NCBI GenBank assembly: GCA_965224085.1
Contig: CBDCYI010000004.1
Location: 32,001-96,000, forward strand
Direction of reading: 5' to 3'
Source: Candidatus Marinacidobacterales bacterium
Lineage (GTDB): Bacteria; Acidobacteriota; Vicinamibacteria; Marinacidobacterales; SMYC01
DNA: 64,000 nucleotides
A model generated the notes under the pieces. The model was not told the origin of the DNA and made no database searches. It saw only the letters and a list, made by a program, of their open reading frames with translations. Of the stretch, positions 41,544 to 53,101 are shown in pieces. The translations under genes were made by a program, and so were the position numbers. The first letter of the stretch is position 1; each line of letters starts with the position of its first letter.

Positions 41544-42497
41544 ATGCGTGATTGGTTGCATTCCCGGATCGCAGCCATGCTCGCGGGCGCCGGCACGCCC
41601 TTCGACTCGGACAAGCACTTGTTCGAGATCAAATGGGACGGGATCCGTGTGCTCGCTTTTTTCGGCGAGGGCGTCCACAGGCTTCAAGGTCGCAAGCTCA
41701 CCGATGCTTCAGAGCGCTATCCCGAGATCGTCGGCGCTTTAGAAGCTCTGCCTGGCGACGGCATTCTCGATGGCGAGGTCGTCGTTCTTGATCAAGACGG
41801 CCGTCCGGACTTCCAGCGCGTGCTGGTTCGGGAACAAACGAAGACGCGCGATGCGGCCTTGGTCAAAGCTGCACGGCACCCCGTCGTCTACATGGCTTTC
41901 GACTTGCTGTACCGAAATGGGGAGCCGCTTTTCGACCGCCCGCTCATCGAGCGCAAGAAACTTCTCTCCGAGCTCCTCGTCTCGCCGCCCTCCCCCATCG
42001 TCGAGAGCACCTACGTCCTAGGCCAAGGCAAAGCGCTCTTCAAGGAAGCTGAGGCGCGCGGGCTCGAGGGCGTCGTCGCCAAAGCGATCTCGAGCCGATA
42101 TGTCGGCGAACGGTCGAACGACTGGCTAAAGCTCAAGGTGCGACGCCGCACCGACGCCGTCCTCATCGGCATCGTTCGCGCACGCGGGACGAGGAGCGTA
42201 AAGTCGCTCGTCCTAGGCGCCTACGACAACGAAGAGCTCGTTTGGCTCGGAAATGCCGGGAGCGGCCTCGACCACCAAACCGCGCACCAACTCGGAACCG
42301 AGCTCGAGCCCCTGAGTTCTGCGCCGCCCCCAAACTTCTTGGCCGAAGCCCCAGGGGATATCGAATGGTTGCGTCCCGCTCTCGTTGTCCGGATCGAATA
42401 TTCCGAGCTGACGCGGGAGGCGCGCCTCCGCCACCCCGTCTTCATCGGCTTCGTCGACAAGAAGCCAAGAGACTGCCTCCGGCCCGAGCGCTCCTAA
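41544..42497 (+). CDS. ATP-dependent DNA ligase (LigD ligase domain only)
   Basis: EIKWDG, LDGEVV, AFDLL, EGVVAK, WLKLK, LRHPVF. Confidence 0.92.
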   Translation: MRDWLHSRIAAMLAGAGTPFDSDKHLFEIKWDGIRVLAFFGEGVHRLQGRKLTDASERYPEIVGALEALPGDGILDGEVVVLDQDGRPDFQRVLVREQTKTRDAALVKAARHPVVYMAFDLLYRNGEPLFDRPLIERKKLLSELLVSPPSPIVESTYVLGQGKALFKEAEARGLEGVVAKAISSRYVGERSNDWLKLKVRRRTDAVLIGIVRARGTRSVKSLVLGAYDNEELVWLGNAGSGLDHQTAHQLGTELEPLSSAPPPNFLAEAPGDIEWLRPALVVRIEYSELTREARLRHPVFIGFVDKKPRDCLRPERS

Positions 42498-42600
42498 CGA
42501 ACCGAACCAGATGCTCCAAGAGATCAATAATTAGAAAAGCACAACGCAAAGTGTCCTGCTTTACGCCTTTTTTATTGTTGTTTTTTTTTGCTTTCGACGG

Positions 42601-43112
42601 CTAGTGCTCCACCCGGATGAGATCCAGGAAATCCTTGATGAGCTGCCCCGTGATCCCCCAGATGTCGTGACCTTCGAAGTGGTAGTGGTAGACATCGCGC
42701 ATCGAGCCGTCGGGCATGCGCCGATTCTCGACCTCGAGAATGTCCGGATCCCGTAGGGTCTCGATCGGCACTTCGATGAGAACGTCCACTTCGTGATTCG
42801 TGCGAAATGGATAAGGGCCGTCGACCGTTCCCACAAAGGGCGTGATACGGAAACCCGTGACCGTGGCACGCAGCTTTCCCTGAGCGCCGCATGGAGCGCC
42901 GTAGGGTCCCCCGGATCGACCGCGCCACCCGGAAACGCGATGTCGCCCGGTTGACGTCGCAGCTTGTCGGAGCGCCTGGTCAGAAGAAGCTTCTCAGGGA
43001 CGTCGCCGACGAGGATCGGAAGGAGCACCGCCGCGGGCCTCAAGCTCGAGCGCAGGCTCCTCGCGGCTCGCCCCTGGAGCCGGCGGCGCGTGCGTATGAC
43101 CCAATTTGTCAT
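42601..43112 (-). pseudogene. Nudix CoA pyrophosphatase with internal deletion/frameshift
   Basis: AAVLL..LLTRRS..FPGG..AALRES breaks before Nudix box ends; IWGITG in another frame. Confidence 0.8.
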
Positions 43113-43192
43113 GCGTGTCCTTCTTCTGGGAAGAATAGTATCCGACGTGAAGCATTGATGATGCTCCGAAGCCTTGGATATAATCCACTCTC

Positions 43193-43717
43193 ATGATCCA
43201 ATGGAATGCGAGAGGGGCGCTGCGATGCGCCGCGGTAGCACTGCTGTTTCTGGGTCTCGCGGCGAGATCGTCCGCCGGAGACGCTTTTCTTCGAGGCGGC
43301 ATCATCTTCCACCCAAGCGATGTCGAGTTCGCGGGTCGCTGGCGCGCGAGCTTCGGCTCGGACTACGCCGTGAACTTCTCGCAGACGATCTATATCGGCT
43401 TCGAGGTTCAGTCGTCGGTGTTCCGGCAAGACGTTGCCGGAAGCGAGAGAACGGCGACGCTCATCCCCGCCAACGGCTTCGTCAACGTAAAATACAAATC
43501 CGGAACAATCGGGGCCCGCCCTTTTGCCGGCGGCGGCATGGGTCTCATCAACACCTTCGTGATACTCGCCGGAGATAATAGCTGGAACCACAACATGGGT
43601 TTTCACTTGCTCGGCGGCGTCGAGCTCGGGTCGCTCAGCCTCGAAGCGCAACTGCAACGGGCCTTCGAGTCCGGCTCCGTTACGAGCTACGCCTTCTACG
43701 TCGGTTTCATCTTCTAA
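43193..43717 (+). CDS. Small outer-membrane beta-barrel protein
   Basis: Signal peptide, PFAGGGMG, terminal Phe. Confidence 0.75.
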   Translation: MIQWNARGALRCAAVALLFLGLAARSSAGDAFLRGGIIFHPSDVEFAGRWRASFGSDYAVNFSQTIYIGFEVQSSVFRQDVAGSERTATLIPANGFVNVKYKSGTIGARPFAGGGMGLINTFVILAGDNSWNHNMGFHLLGGVELGSLSLEAQLQRAFESGSVTSYAFYVGFIF

Positions 43718-43732
43718 GGGCGCGCGCAAGCC

Positions 43733-44731
43733 ATGACGCTACGCGCGCGAGCACCGACGCGGATCGATCTCTCCGGTGGCACGATAGATCTCTGGCCCGT
43801 CTATCTCCTGATCCCGAAAGCAGCAACGGTCAATCTCGCGATCGACCTCTATACAGAGGTCGAAGTCGAGCCGTCACCGGACCAGCAATGGCACGTTCGC
43901 GAGCGCGTCTCGAAGCGCACGACCTCCGCCGTTTCGACCGAAGCCCTCGCCGAAATGGAAGGGGCTGAGATCGCGGGCCGGCTGCTGACATTTTTCGCTC
44001 CCCACAAACCGTTGCTCCTGAACACGCATTCAAACGCCCCGCCCCAGGCTGGGCTCGGCGCTTCATCTTCTCTCGGGATCGTGATCGCGGGCGCCTTGAA
44101 TGGCCTCACCGGCTTTCGCTACGGGAACCTCGAGCTCATCGAACTCGTGAAGGACATCGAAGTCGAGCTTCTTCGCATGCCTACGGGCGCGCAAGATCAC
44201 TACCCACCGGTTTTCGGCGGCGCCATGTGCCTGTGGTGGGAAAAGCTCCGCCACCGCCGCGAGCCACTCCCAATCGACGCGAACGCTTTCCGCGAGCGGT
44301 TCCTTCTCGCATACTCGCATCAGCCCCACCGCTCGGGCGCGACCAACTGGGAAGTCGTGAAGCGATTCTTCGAGTCCGACCCGACGACGACGGCCGCCGT
44401 GGAACGTAGCGGTCGCACGGCGGCGGAGGTGCGCGACGCACTCGTCGACGGGGACCTCGACCGCGTGGCCGTGCTCATCGGCAAAGATTGGCAAGCGCGA
44501 CGCGAGATGGCCCCGGCGGTGTCCAGTCCCGAGCTCGAGACCATCATCGCCGCGGCCCGCGAAGCCGGCGCTACGGCCGAGAAAGTGTGCGGCGCAGGTG
44601 GGGGGGGATGCATGATTCTCGCGGTTCCCGGGGGCAAGCGTCCGGCGGTCAGCGCGGCGGTGGTCGAAGCCGGCGGGTCGGTGCTCGACTACAACGTCGC
44701 GCCGCGCGGGCTGGAGCTCATGATCGAATGA
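43733..44731 (+). CDS. GHMP-family sugar kinase
   Basis: APTRIDLSGG, P.AGLGASS, GAQDH, GAGGGG. Confidence 0.9.
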   Translation: MTLRARAPTRIDLSGGTIDLWPVYLLIPKAATVNLAIDLYTEVEVEPSPDQQWHVRERVSKRTTSAVSTEALAEMEGAEIAGRLLTFFAPHKPLLLNTHSNAPPQAGLGASSSLGIVIAGALNGLTGFRYGNLELIELVKDIEVELLRMPTGAQDHYPPVFGGAMCLWWEKLRHRREPLPIDANAFRERFLLAYSHQPHRSGATNWEVVKRFFESDPTTTAAVERSGRTAAEVRDALVDGDLDRVAVLIGKDWQARREMAPAVSSPELETIIAAAREAGATAEKVCGAGGGGCMILAVPGGKRPAVSAAVVEAGGSVLDYNVAPRGLELMIE

Positions 44732-45327
44732 GCCCGTCTCGCTCGCGGGCCAGTGTGGTGGCAGTGGGGACGACGCGTCAGCCCAAGCTCGACGCGGTAG
44801 AGCTCGTGTTGCGCGAGCTTCACGAGCGCTTTCCGGAATTCTTACCGGGCGAACTCGGCCTCGAGCCGCGTCAAGTCCCATCCGGGGCTCCGTCTACACC
44901 GACCTCGACCGAAGAAACCATGCGGGGCGCGAAGAATCGTGCGCGGAACACATTCGAGCTCCTCAAGCGCGAAGGTATCACGCCGGCTTTGAGCATCGGG
45001 CTCGAGGGCGGTGTCGCCGCGCAGGACGGCGCCGTGTTCCTCGAATCTTGGGCCTACGTCACCGACGGCAAGCGCGGTTTCTTCGGTGGAAGCGGCTCGA
45101 TCGCACTCCCCGAAGAGCTTTCGGGGGCCGTCCTCGTGCATCGTGAAGATCTCGGCGCCGCCGCCGATCGCTATTTCGAGCGCCGGGACGTCGCAGGACA
45201 TGAAGGAACGTTCGGTCTACTCACGCAAGGGATGGTGAGCCGCAAGGCAGCGTTCGTCCGCTCCATGCTGCATGCGCTCGCGCCGTTCTATAATGCGGGG
45301 GCCTATAGAAGTAAGGAGCAAGTTTAG
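44728..45327 (+). CDS. Inosine/xanthosine triphosphatase (YjjX/DUF84)-like
   Basis: [28 protein letters not shown]. Confidence 0.85.
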   Translation: MSPSRSRASVVAVGTTRQPKLDAVELVLRELHERFPEFLPGELGLEPRQVPSGAPSTPTSTEETMRGAKNRARNTFELLKREGITPALSIGLEGGVAAQDGAVFLESWAYVTDGKRGFFGGSGSIALPEELSGAVLVHREDLGAAADRYFERRDVAGHEGTFGLLTQGMVSRKAAFVRSMLHALAPFYNAGAYRSKEQV

Positions 45328-45331
45328 AAAC

Positions 45332-45964
45332 ATGGACGTTTTTCGTTCCTATCCCGGCTGCATCGAAGTGATCACGGGCAGCATGTTCAGCGGCAAGAGC
45401 GAAGAGCTCATCCGCCGCTTGCGTCGGGCGCAGATCGCGCGGCAGCGGGTTCAGATCTTCAAGCCCCTCATCGATGGGCGCTACAGCCAAGAACATATTG
45501 TCTCGCATAGCGATATGCGTATCGACGCCGAGATCGTGGAGCACGCGGATGAAATCCTCGAAAAGCTCGATCATCGGACCGAGGTCATCGGCATCGACGA
45601 AGGGCAGTTCTTCGACCTGACACTCGTCGCGGTATGTAATCAGCTCGCCAATAGCGGGAAGCGGGTCGTCGTCGCAGGTCTGGACACGGACTTTTTGGGG
45701 CAGCCTTTCGAGCCCATGCCGCAGCTGCTCGCGGTGGCCGAGTACATCACCAAGACTCTAGCGATCTGCATGCGCTGTGGAAGCCCCGCGAACCAGACGC
45801 AGCGGCTCGTCGCGTCGAAAGATCGCGTGGTGGTCGGGGGTGCTGGCGCGTATGAAGCGCGTTGCCGGCGTTGCTTCGAGCCCGAAGTCGACAAGGATCA
45901 GAAGCGCGACGCAATCGCCGCCCAACTCAAGAGTCCTGCTCAGCAGGGTGGCGCTTCTGACTAG
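45332..45964 (+). CDS. tdk: Thymidine kinase
   Basis: [33 protein letters not shown]. Confidence 0.96.
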   Translation: MDVFRSYPGCIEVITGSMFSGKSEELIRRLRRAQIARQRVQIFKPLIDGRYSQEHIVSHSDMRIDAEIVEHADEILEKLDHRTEVIGIDEGQFFDLTLVAVCNQLANSGKRVVVAGLDTDFLGQPFEPMPQLLAVAEYITKTLAICMRCGSPANQTQRLVASKDRVVVGGAGAYEARCRRCFEPEVDKDQKRDAIAAQLKSPAQQGGASD

Positions 45965-46122
45965 CCGCCGCTCAGCGCGGCGCGCGAAACGTAAGGCAGG
46001 GAACGGGCGGATAGCGGGAATGTCTAGGGTCTAGCTTTTATCTCCCCTCCAAACATCCGCACCTCTCTTACACATTTGACAGGCTGCAGTCTTCAGCAGC
46101 GTGCCGCTGCTCGCGGTCTCAG

Positions 46123-47768
46123 TTAGTTCTTCCCCTGGCTCTGGAGCTCTTCGGACTCGAACAAGCTCGGCTGGTAGCTTTCGGCATCCGGCGTGCCGTC
46201 GCGCCGCCTCTTCCGGCGCGCTTTGTCCTCGTACATGTTCTTGTCCGCAGCCATCAACAAGGACTCGAGGTTCTGTCCCGCCGCGGGATAGGACGCGAGG
46301 CCGAGCGAGACGCCGACTTTGAGCATCGTGCCAATCCCAACGTCGAGCTCCGTCTCCTCGACAGCCTCCTGTAGACGATAGGAGAACTGGCGCGCCTGCT
46401 CGTAGGTGGTCTTTGGCAAGATCGCGATGAACTCGTCACCCGCATAGCGTACGAGCACATCCGCGTCTCGCATATGGCCCTTCAAGATGCGGCCCACTTC
46501 CTTCAAGAAGCGATCGCCGCTGTGATGGCCATGTCGATCGTTCACGCTCTTGAAATCGTCGAGGTCCATCTCGATGACCGTGAGCGGCTCTCCGTAGCGT
46601 TTCGCCTCAGAAAGCGTCTGCTCGAAAAAGATGTACAGAAAGCGTGAGTTCGGAAGCCCTGTCAAGCGGTCGGTGAAAGCGTCTTCCTGTGTCTCTTCGA
46701 ACCGGGTGGCGTTAAAAAGCGCAATCGAGGCCCGGTTGGAGACGATCTCCATGAGCCGGATATGATCATCGGTATAGCGTTCGTCACCGGCAACGTAAAG
46801 GGCGATCGTGCCGAGCCGGCGGTCCCCGTGAACGAGCGGCGCGAGCAGAGAGTTCGCGTAGAGGCTCTTGATCTCTTCTGGAAGAGCCATCGTGTCGGGT
46901 CCGGGGTGTACGTTGTAGAGAAAACGGTTATTCGCGGCCACCCAACCGGCGAGTCGGGTGCCCATCTCGATCGAAAGCCCGGAGAAAGCTTCTTTGTGCT
47001 GGCCCGCGATATGCGCCGGCCTGAGCTCTTCCGTGGCTTCCTCCGCGAGATAGATGACGAGCGTCGTGAAGGGCACGATCTTCTCGAGCTTGGACGCCAG
47101 AATGGTGAGCGTATCCGTGCGCGATAGTGAGTTGCCAATGTTTTGAAGAATCTCGAACAGGGTGAAAATCTCTTGTTGTGGCTCGGAGATCGAGCTGCTT
47201 AGCGTCGCGGCCTTCGGCGTCCCGACGACGTCGGGCGCGCGCTTTTGATCCCTATGCTCCTTCGGCTCCGAGAGCGAGCGCACGTCGATCGACTTCAGCT
47301 CCTGCTGGAGCTTCGGGATCACGTCGAGGAAGCGCTCGAACACGACCGGATCGAATTTGTGCTTCTCACGCTTCATGATGGTGATCGCCTCGTCGCGACT
47401 GAGCGAGCGCCGGTAAACGCGCCGCGCGGTCAACGCTTCGTAGCAGTCGGCGACCGAGAGAATGCGCGAGCCCAGCGGGATGGCCGTACCTTTGAGCCTG
47501 TCTGGGTATCCCGTGCCGTCCCAGTTTTCGTGATGGTGGCGCACGATCTCGACGACCGGGAATGGAAAATCGATCGAAGAGAGAATCTGGGCGCCGACGG
47601 CGGGATGCGTGCTCATCTTCTGGAACTCGCGCTCGGTCAAGCGTGTCGGCTTGTGCAGGATGTAGGACGGGATCGAGATCTTTCCGACATCGTGCAGCAC
47701 CGAAGCGTAGCGGAGACCCTCATAAGTTGTCTCATCTACCCTCAGCTCTCGAGCCAGGCCCGCCGCCT
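46123..47768 (-). pseudogene. HD-GYP/GAF/GGDEF protein, 5'-truncated
   Basis: LHDVGK, HHENWDGTGYP, DRLTGLPN, RYAGDEF; frame extends to ~47768 and abuts a truncated SBP. Confidence 0.85.
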
Positions 47769-49051
47769 TCTAGGGGCGCGAGCGTGACGTCGATGCCGAG
47801 CTCGCTCAAATCCTCCTGGATGAACGCCCCGGTTCGCTGCCGCTCGTTGCTACCGGTGGTCGTGACGATCGTCAGCTGCACGCGGTTGCCGTCGCGATCC
47901 GAAAGCCGCCCGTCGTCGTGAAAACGGAACCCCGCCACCTCCAGGAGACGGCGCGCCTCGTCCAAATCCTGCTCTGTCGTCACGATGGCCGTGTTGCGCC
48001 AAAAACGGTTGGCGGGCGAGACGGATCCGCTCGCCGCGGAGGCAAGTCCAGAATAGACAACGCGAGCGAGCCCCCGACGGTCGATGGCGAGAGAAAAAGC
48101 GCGGCGAAAACGCACATCCGCGAACCACCGCTTCTTATAGCTCTCGATGGGGCTGTCCGGATTGAGGTTGAACCAGAGCCGTTCAGACACCATTCCGGGG
48201 CCGAGATCCTCGAGCTTGAGCGACGGCTGGCTCTCGATGGTGAGGGCTCGGAACGATTCGGGTGAAATCCGCTCAAGAAGATCGACCTCTCCGGCAGAGA
48301 GTCGCAACGCCCGGGTGCTGCGATCGGGGACGACATCGAAGACGAGCCCGGTGAGCCGCAGATAGACATCCTCTTTCGCGGATCTCCAGTAATAAGGATT
48401 ACGCTCGAGCACGATGCGCTGTCCCGCTTCGTAGTCTCGAAGCCGAAACGGCCCGAGCCCGACGATAGTGTCAACGCCCGCGCCGAGGCCAGTATCCCGC
48501 ACGAGCGTCCCGTTCTGAAGGCTCTCAGCCAAGCGATGCGCAGGAAGGATGCGGATGCTGTCGAAGATGCGATCGACCGTTGCGGTCCGCCGCGGCAACC
48601 GGAAGGCGACAGTCACATCATCGACGAGCTCGGCCACGATCCGCTCGCCGTCGATCTGAGCGGTGTCCACGAGGGGACTTGCGACTTCGGGATCGTTCAG
48701 GACACGGAACGTGAAAACGACGTCCGCCGCTGTCAACGGCTCACCGTCCGAAAACCGCACGCCCTGCTTCAGCCGAAATACGAGCGTCTTGCCATCCTCA
48801 GAGAATTCCCAGGACTCGGCGAGCGCCGGCTCCATTGCCTGGGTTTCCTGGTTCAGCCGTATCAGCGGCGCGTGGAGCTGGTCCGTCACTAGCTGCGTGG
48901 TGACGTCCGCGGAGAGCAGACTATTGAACGTCGTGGGCTCGCGGTTGATGGCCACGCGCAGAACACCGGTGTCCGGAGCGGGTCGTGATGAGCACCCGGC
49001 GGCGAATCCCCCCCAAATAACGAGAACGCAGAAGAACAACCTTTGCGGCAT
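47732..49051 (-). pseudogene. ABC peptide-binding lipoprotein (SBP_bac_5), 3'-truncated
   Basis: Lipobox AAGC, PALAESW, FSDGEPLTAADV, GLGPF; ends at LGIDVTL. Confidence 0.85.
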
Positions 49052-49302
49052 GGCAAATCTCCTTCTTCTGCTAAGAAGCGCGAAAAACGTGCCGTTGATC
49101 CTATCACTGCTGTCAACGCCACGAGGTGCTCGAAAAGATCAATCTTAGGACGAAATTTCTCTCTTTTTTCGTTTTTTTCTTTTTTCTTTTGCGCCTTGCG
49201 CCTTTGCGCTACGCTTTTCCCAATATTGATCCTTTCGTCGAAGCGCCCGTCCCCGCACTAGCCGCAAATTGGAATCGAGCTTGCTATAGTGTGATCGACG
49301 CT

Positions 49303-50127
49303 ATGGAAAGTGGGATTCACGCTCAAAACATAATCCTGCCGACGCTCTACGCGCTGTTATGGGCTGACTACGCTCTTTTGTTCTTCCGTAACGACCCGTT
49401 CGCGGAACGGACCGCAAAACACTTGCTCCGCATTACGGTAGGCGCGCACGCGATCTACCTCGTGATGCGCTCGATGACCTACCACCACTTTCCAATCGCA
49501 ACTGTTTTCGAAGCCTTCTCGGTACTCGCTTTCTCCGTGATCGCTCTCTATTTGGTCATCGAGTCGCGTATCGGTGTGCGGACGACCGGGTTTTTCATCA
49601 TCGGCATTGTTTTCGTTTTTCAAACAATCTCCTCGGCCTTCGTAGAAGCGCCGGAGAGCTTCAGCGATCTCCTCTGGGAGCCCGCCTTCATTCTCCATGT
49701 GACGACAGCACTTCTCGGTTATTCGGGGATGGCCATCTCCGCGGTCTACAGCCTGCTCTATCTGATGCTCTTTTACGACATCAAGAAGCACCGCTTTGGC
49801 CTCATCTACAAGCAGCTACCTTCGCTCGAAGTCATGTCGAGCTTTACCTATCGTTCGGCCACGCTCGGCCTTGTCTTTCTCACCATCGCCATGGTGGGTG
49901 GACTCGCGTTGCTCGTGAGGGTCTACGGGACCTATTGGAGCTGGGACCCGAAGCTCATGATCACATTCGTGGCCTGGCTCTTTTACGGTCTCTGCGTAGC
50001 GGCGAGCCGCTTTTGGGGATGGTCGGCCAAACGGGTCGCCTTTACTTCGATCACGGGATTCGCCATCATCCTCTTTTCACTGGTCGTCGTGAACCTCGTC
50101 TTTACCCGTTTTCACGAGTTCGTCTGA
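49303..50127 (+). CDS. Cytochrome c assembly family membrane protein (CcsA/HemX-like)
   Basis: LPSLE, WSWDPKL, multiple TM segments; coupled to hemA. Confidence 0.88.
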   Translation: MESGIHAQNIILPTLYALLWADYALLFFRNDPFAERTAKHLLRITVGAHAIYLVMRSMTYHHFPIATVFEAFSVLAFSVIALYLVIESRIGVRTTGFFIIGIVFVFQTISSAFVEAPESFSDLLWEPAFILHVTTALLGYSGMAISAVYSLLYLMLFYDIKKHRFGLIYKQLPSLEVMSSFTYRSATLGLVFLTIAMVGGLALLVRVYGTYWSWDPKLMITFVAWLFYGLCVAASRFWGWSAKRVAFTSITGFAIILFSLVVVNLVFTRFHEFV

Positions 50128-51413
50128 TGGATCTCATCGTAGTCGGGATGAACCACCGAACCGCGCCCATCGACGTACGTGAGCTCGTGGCTTTCTCGGA
50201 GGAGGAGATCCGAGACGTGCTCGCCCATATCCACGCGGATGACACGCTCTCGGAAGCGATCCTGCTCTCGACGTGCAACCGCACCGAGTTCTACGGGCTT
50301 TCGACGGATAACGGCGCCGCGGAAACGTACATCCGCAACCTGATCGTCGAAAAAAAGCAGATCGACCTCGAAGCGCATCCGGGCTACGCCTATACGCTCA
50401 CGCGCAACGAGTCCGTACGGCACTTACTGAGGGTCGCGGCAGGCCTCGACTCGCTCGTTCTCGGCGAATCGCAGATCCTGGGACAAGTGAGGCGCGCCCA
50501 CGAGCTCTCGCTCGAAAGCCGCGCCTGCGGCATTGTTCTCAACCGTATCCTTCAATCCGCGGTGAGCGTCGGCAAGCGGGTACGCAACGAGACCGTCATC
50601 GGCGCCGGCGCCGTCTCGATGGCGAGCGCAGCTTCCGAGCTCGCGGGCAAGATTTTCGAAGACCTCAAAGCGCGCAGAGTGCTCCTCATCGGGGTCGGCA
50701 AGATGGGAGCTCTCACCGCACGCCATATGGTAGAGCGAGGCGTCCGTCAGCTCGTCATCGCGAGCCGAACCTACAGCAGAGCGGAAGAACTTTCGCGCCA
50801 GCTTGGCGGCAAGGCCGCGCCCCTCGACCGCCTCGAAGAGTGCTTGGCGGAAGCCGACATCGTCATCAGCTCCACGGGCGCGACGGCGCCCATCGTGACC
50901 CGCGAGATGATGTTGCCCATCGTGAACCGGCGGGGCAGCCGCCCAATCTACGTCATCGACATCGCCTTGCCGCGCGATTTCGAGAGCAGCATCGCCGATC
51001 TGGACGGCGTGTTTCTGCACGATCTCGACGATATGAACGTGCTCGTCGATCGCAATCTCGGGAAACGCCGCGAGGAGATCCCGAAAGCCGAGGCCATCGT
51101 CGAGCAAGAGCTTGAGAACTTCGCCTCCTGGCGGAGCTCGCTCGCCGCCACGCCCGTTATCAAGAAGATCCGCGAGCGCTTCGAAGCCCTGCGCAAACAC
51201 GAGCTCGAGCGCCATCGGAAAGGGTTCTGTCGAGACGATCGCGAGCAAGTCGACCTTTTGACCGAGAGCCTCGTCAACAAAATCCTTCACCCGCTGATGG
51301 ACCATGTGCGCGATTGGAGCAATACGGACGAACTCGGTGCCCTGCGTATCGACACACTTTACGAGGCGTTCGACCTCGAACGCTCCGGCGAGGACTCGAA
51401 CAAGAAGCACTGA
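50127..51413 (+). CDS. hemA: Glutamyl-tRNA reductase
   Basis: GMNHRTAP, STCNRTE, GESQILGQV, DIALPRD. Confidence 0.97.
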   Translation: MDLIVVGMNHRTAPIDVRELVAFSEEEIRDVLAHIHADDTLSEAILLSTCNRTEFYGLSTDNGAAETYIRNLIVEKKQIDLEAHPGYAYTLTRNESVRHLLRVAAGLDSLVLGESQILGQVRRAHELSLESRACGIVLNRILQSAVSVGKRVRNETVIGAGAVSMASAASELAGKIFEDLKARRVLLIGVGKMGALTARHMVERGVRQLVIASRTYSRAEELSRQLGGKAAPLDRLEECLAEADIVISSTGATAPIVTREMMLPIVNRRGSRPIYVIDIALPRDFESSIADLDGVFLHDLDDMNVLVDRNLGKRREEIPKAEAIVEQELENFASWRSSLAATPVIKKIRERFEALRKHELERHRKGFCRDDREQVDLLTESLVNKILHPLMDHVRDWSNTDELGALRIDTLYEAFDLERSGEDSNKKH

Positions 51414-51432
51414 TCGCTGTGAACGGATACTG

Positions 51433-52344
51433 ATGCGCCCCTTACGTGTCGGAAGTCGCAAAAGCGAGCTGGCGCTCATCCAGAGCCGGTCGATCATCAC
51501 CGCTCTCGGGGGAGAAGCCGAGCTCGTCCTTATCCAGACGCAAGGGGACCGCGTTACCGATCGACCGCTCAACCAAGTAGGGAGCGCGGGACTGTTCATC
51601 AAGGAGATCGAGTCCGCGCTCCTCGAAGAGCGGATCGATCTCGCCGTCCACAGCATGAAGGACATGCCCTCCGAGATCCCCGAAGGACTCGCGCTGGCAG
51701 CCACGACGAAACGGCTCGACGCGCGCGACGCGCTCGTGAGCCGGGGCGCGGACAGCCTGGCCTCGCTTCCCGAAGGAGCGAAGATGGCGACAGGAAGTTT
51801 GAGACGGCGCTCGCAGCTTCTCGCGGCGCGGCCGGATCTCCACATCGAAGATCTCCGGGGAAACGTGCAGACGCGGCTCAAAAAGTTCGACGCCTCGTCC
51901 TGGGAAGCCATCGTGCTCGCGGGCGCCGGGCTCGTGCGTATGGGGCTCGATGCGCGCATCACGTCTTATTTCTCTGTCGACGAAATGATCCCGGCCGTCG
52001 GTCAGGGAGCGCTTGCGCTCGAAACCCGCTACGACGACGATCTTCGAAATCGGCTCCGAGAGATCAACCACCCGGCATCCGAGAGTGCGATCCTTGCAGA
52101 GCGCACCTTTCTCCGCCGTCTTCAAGGTGGTTGCCAGGTCCCGATTGGCGCCTACGGCGAGATCGAAGCGGGAGAGCTTCGCCTTCGCGGCTTCGTGGGC
52201 GGGGTCGATGGCCGCCGCTATGAGAAAAATGAGAGGCGCGGCCCAGTCGCCGCGGCGCAAGAGCTCGGGCTCGCGCTCGCGGAAGACATGCTCGCGGGCG
52301 GCGCTTCGGAGATCATCCAGGAACAGGCGGAAGTCGATGAATGA
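51433..52344 (+). CDS. hemC: Porphobilinogen deaminase
   Basis: GSRKSELA, AVHSMKD, GSLRR, RGNVQTRL, GGCQVP. Confidence 0.97.
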   Translation: MRPLRVGSRKSELALIQSRSIITALGGEAELVLIQTQGDRVTDRPLNQVGSAGLFIKEIESALLEERIDLAVHSMKDMPSEIPEGLALAATTKRLDARDALVSRGADSLASLPEGAKMATGSLRRRSQLLAARPDLHIEDLRGNVQTRLKKFDASSWEAIVLAGAGLVRMGLDARITSYFSVDEMIPAVGQGALALETRYDDDLRNRLREINHPASESAILAERTFLRRLQGGCQVPIGAYGEIEAGELRLRGFVGGVDGRRYEKNERRGPVAAAQELGLALAEDMLAGGASEIIQEQAEVDE

Positions 52345-53101
52345 CAAAAAACTCCTGGCGGGCCGGCGCGTCGTCGTGACGCGCCCCGCACGCCAGGCGA
52401 CGTCATTAGTCGCACGGCTCGAAGCTCTAGGCGCAGAGGTCATTCACGCGCCGGCGATTCGCATCGAGCCGCCAGAGAGCTGGGCGCCACTGGACGAAGT
52501 GCTCGCTCGGATCAAAAGCTACGACTGGATCGTTTTCACAAGCGTCAACGGTGTGGAAGTCTTCCACGAGCGTGCCGCCACGATGCCGGCCGTGCGCTAC
52601 GCCGCGATTGGACCGGCGACAGCGGAAGCCATCGCCGAGCGCGGCGCGCGCGCGGAAGTTATCGCGGAGCGCTCCATCGCTGAAGCGCTATTCGACGCCT
52701 TGTCGGAGCACACGGACGTGAAGGCGCAAAAGTTCCTGCTCCCACACGCTGCGATCGCGAGAGAAGCGCTGCCGAATCTATTGCGCGCCGCGGGAGCAAC
52801 GGTCGACGTCGTCGCCGTCTATCGGACGCTGCCGGCAACAAAAGAAATCGAGCACGCGGTGAAGCTCGTCCGCGAAGGCAGCGCGGACGCCGTGACCTTC
52901 ACGTCGGGCTCGACGGTGCGCGCGTTTTTCGACGGCGCGGACGAGGCCGTTCGAGCGCAAACGGTCTCCGCGAGCATCGGCCCCATCACCAGCGCTGCCC
53001 TGCGTGCGGAAAGAGTCGAGCCGGCGATCGAGGCGGAACGCTACACGACCGAGGGCCTCGTCGACGCCATCCGCGGCCATTTCTCGAAGCTGTCAGGCTA
53101 A
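52337..53101 (+). CDS. hemD: Uroporphyrinogen-III synthase
   Basis: [29 protein letters not shown]. Confidence 0.93.
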   Translation: MNDKKLLAGRRVVVTRPARQATSLVARLEALGAEVIHAPAIRIEPPESWAPLDEVLARIKSYDWIVFTSVNGVEVFHERAATMPAVRYAAIGPATAEAIAERGARAEVIAERSIAEALFDALSEHTDVKAQKFLLPHAAIAREALPNLLRAAGATVDVVAVYRTLPATKEIEHAVKLVREGSADAVTFTSGSTVRAFFDGADEAVRAQTVSASIGPITSAALRAERVEPAIEAERYTTEGLVDAIRGHFSKLSG

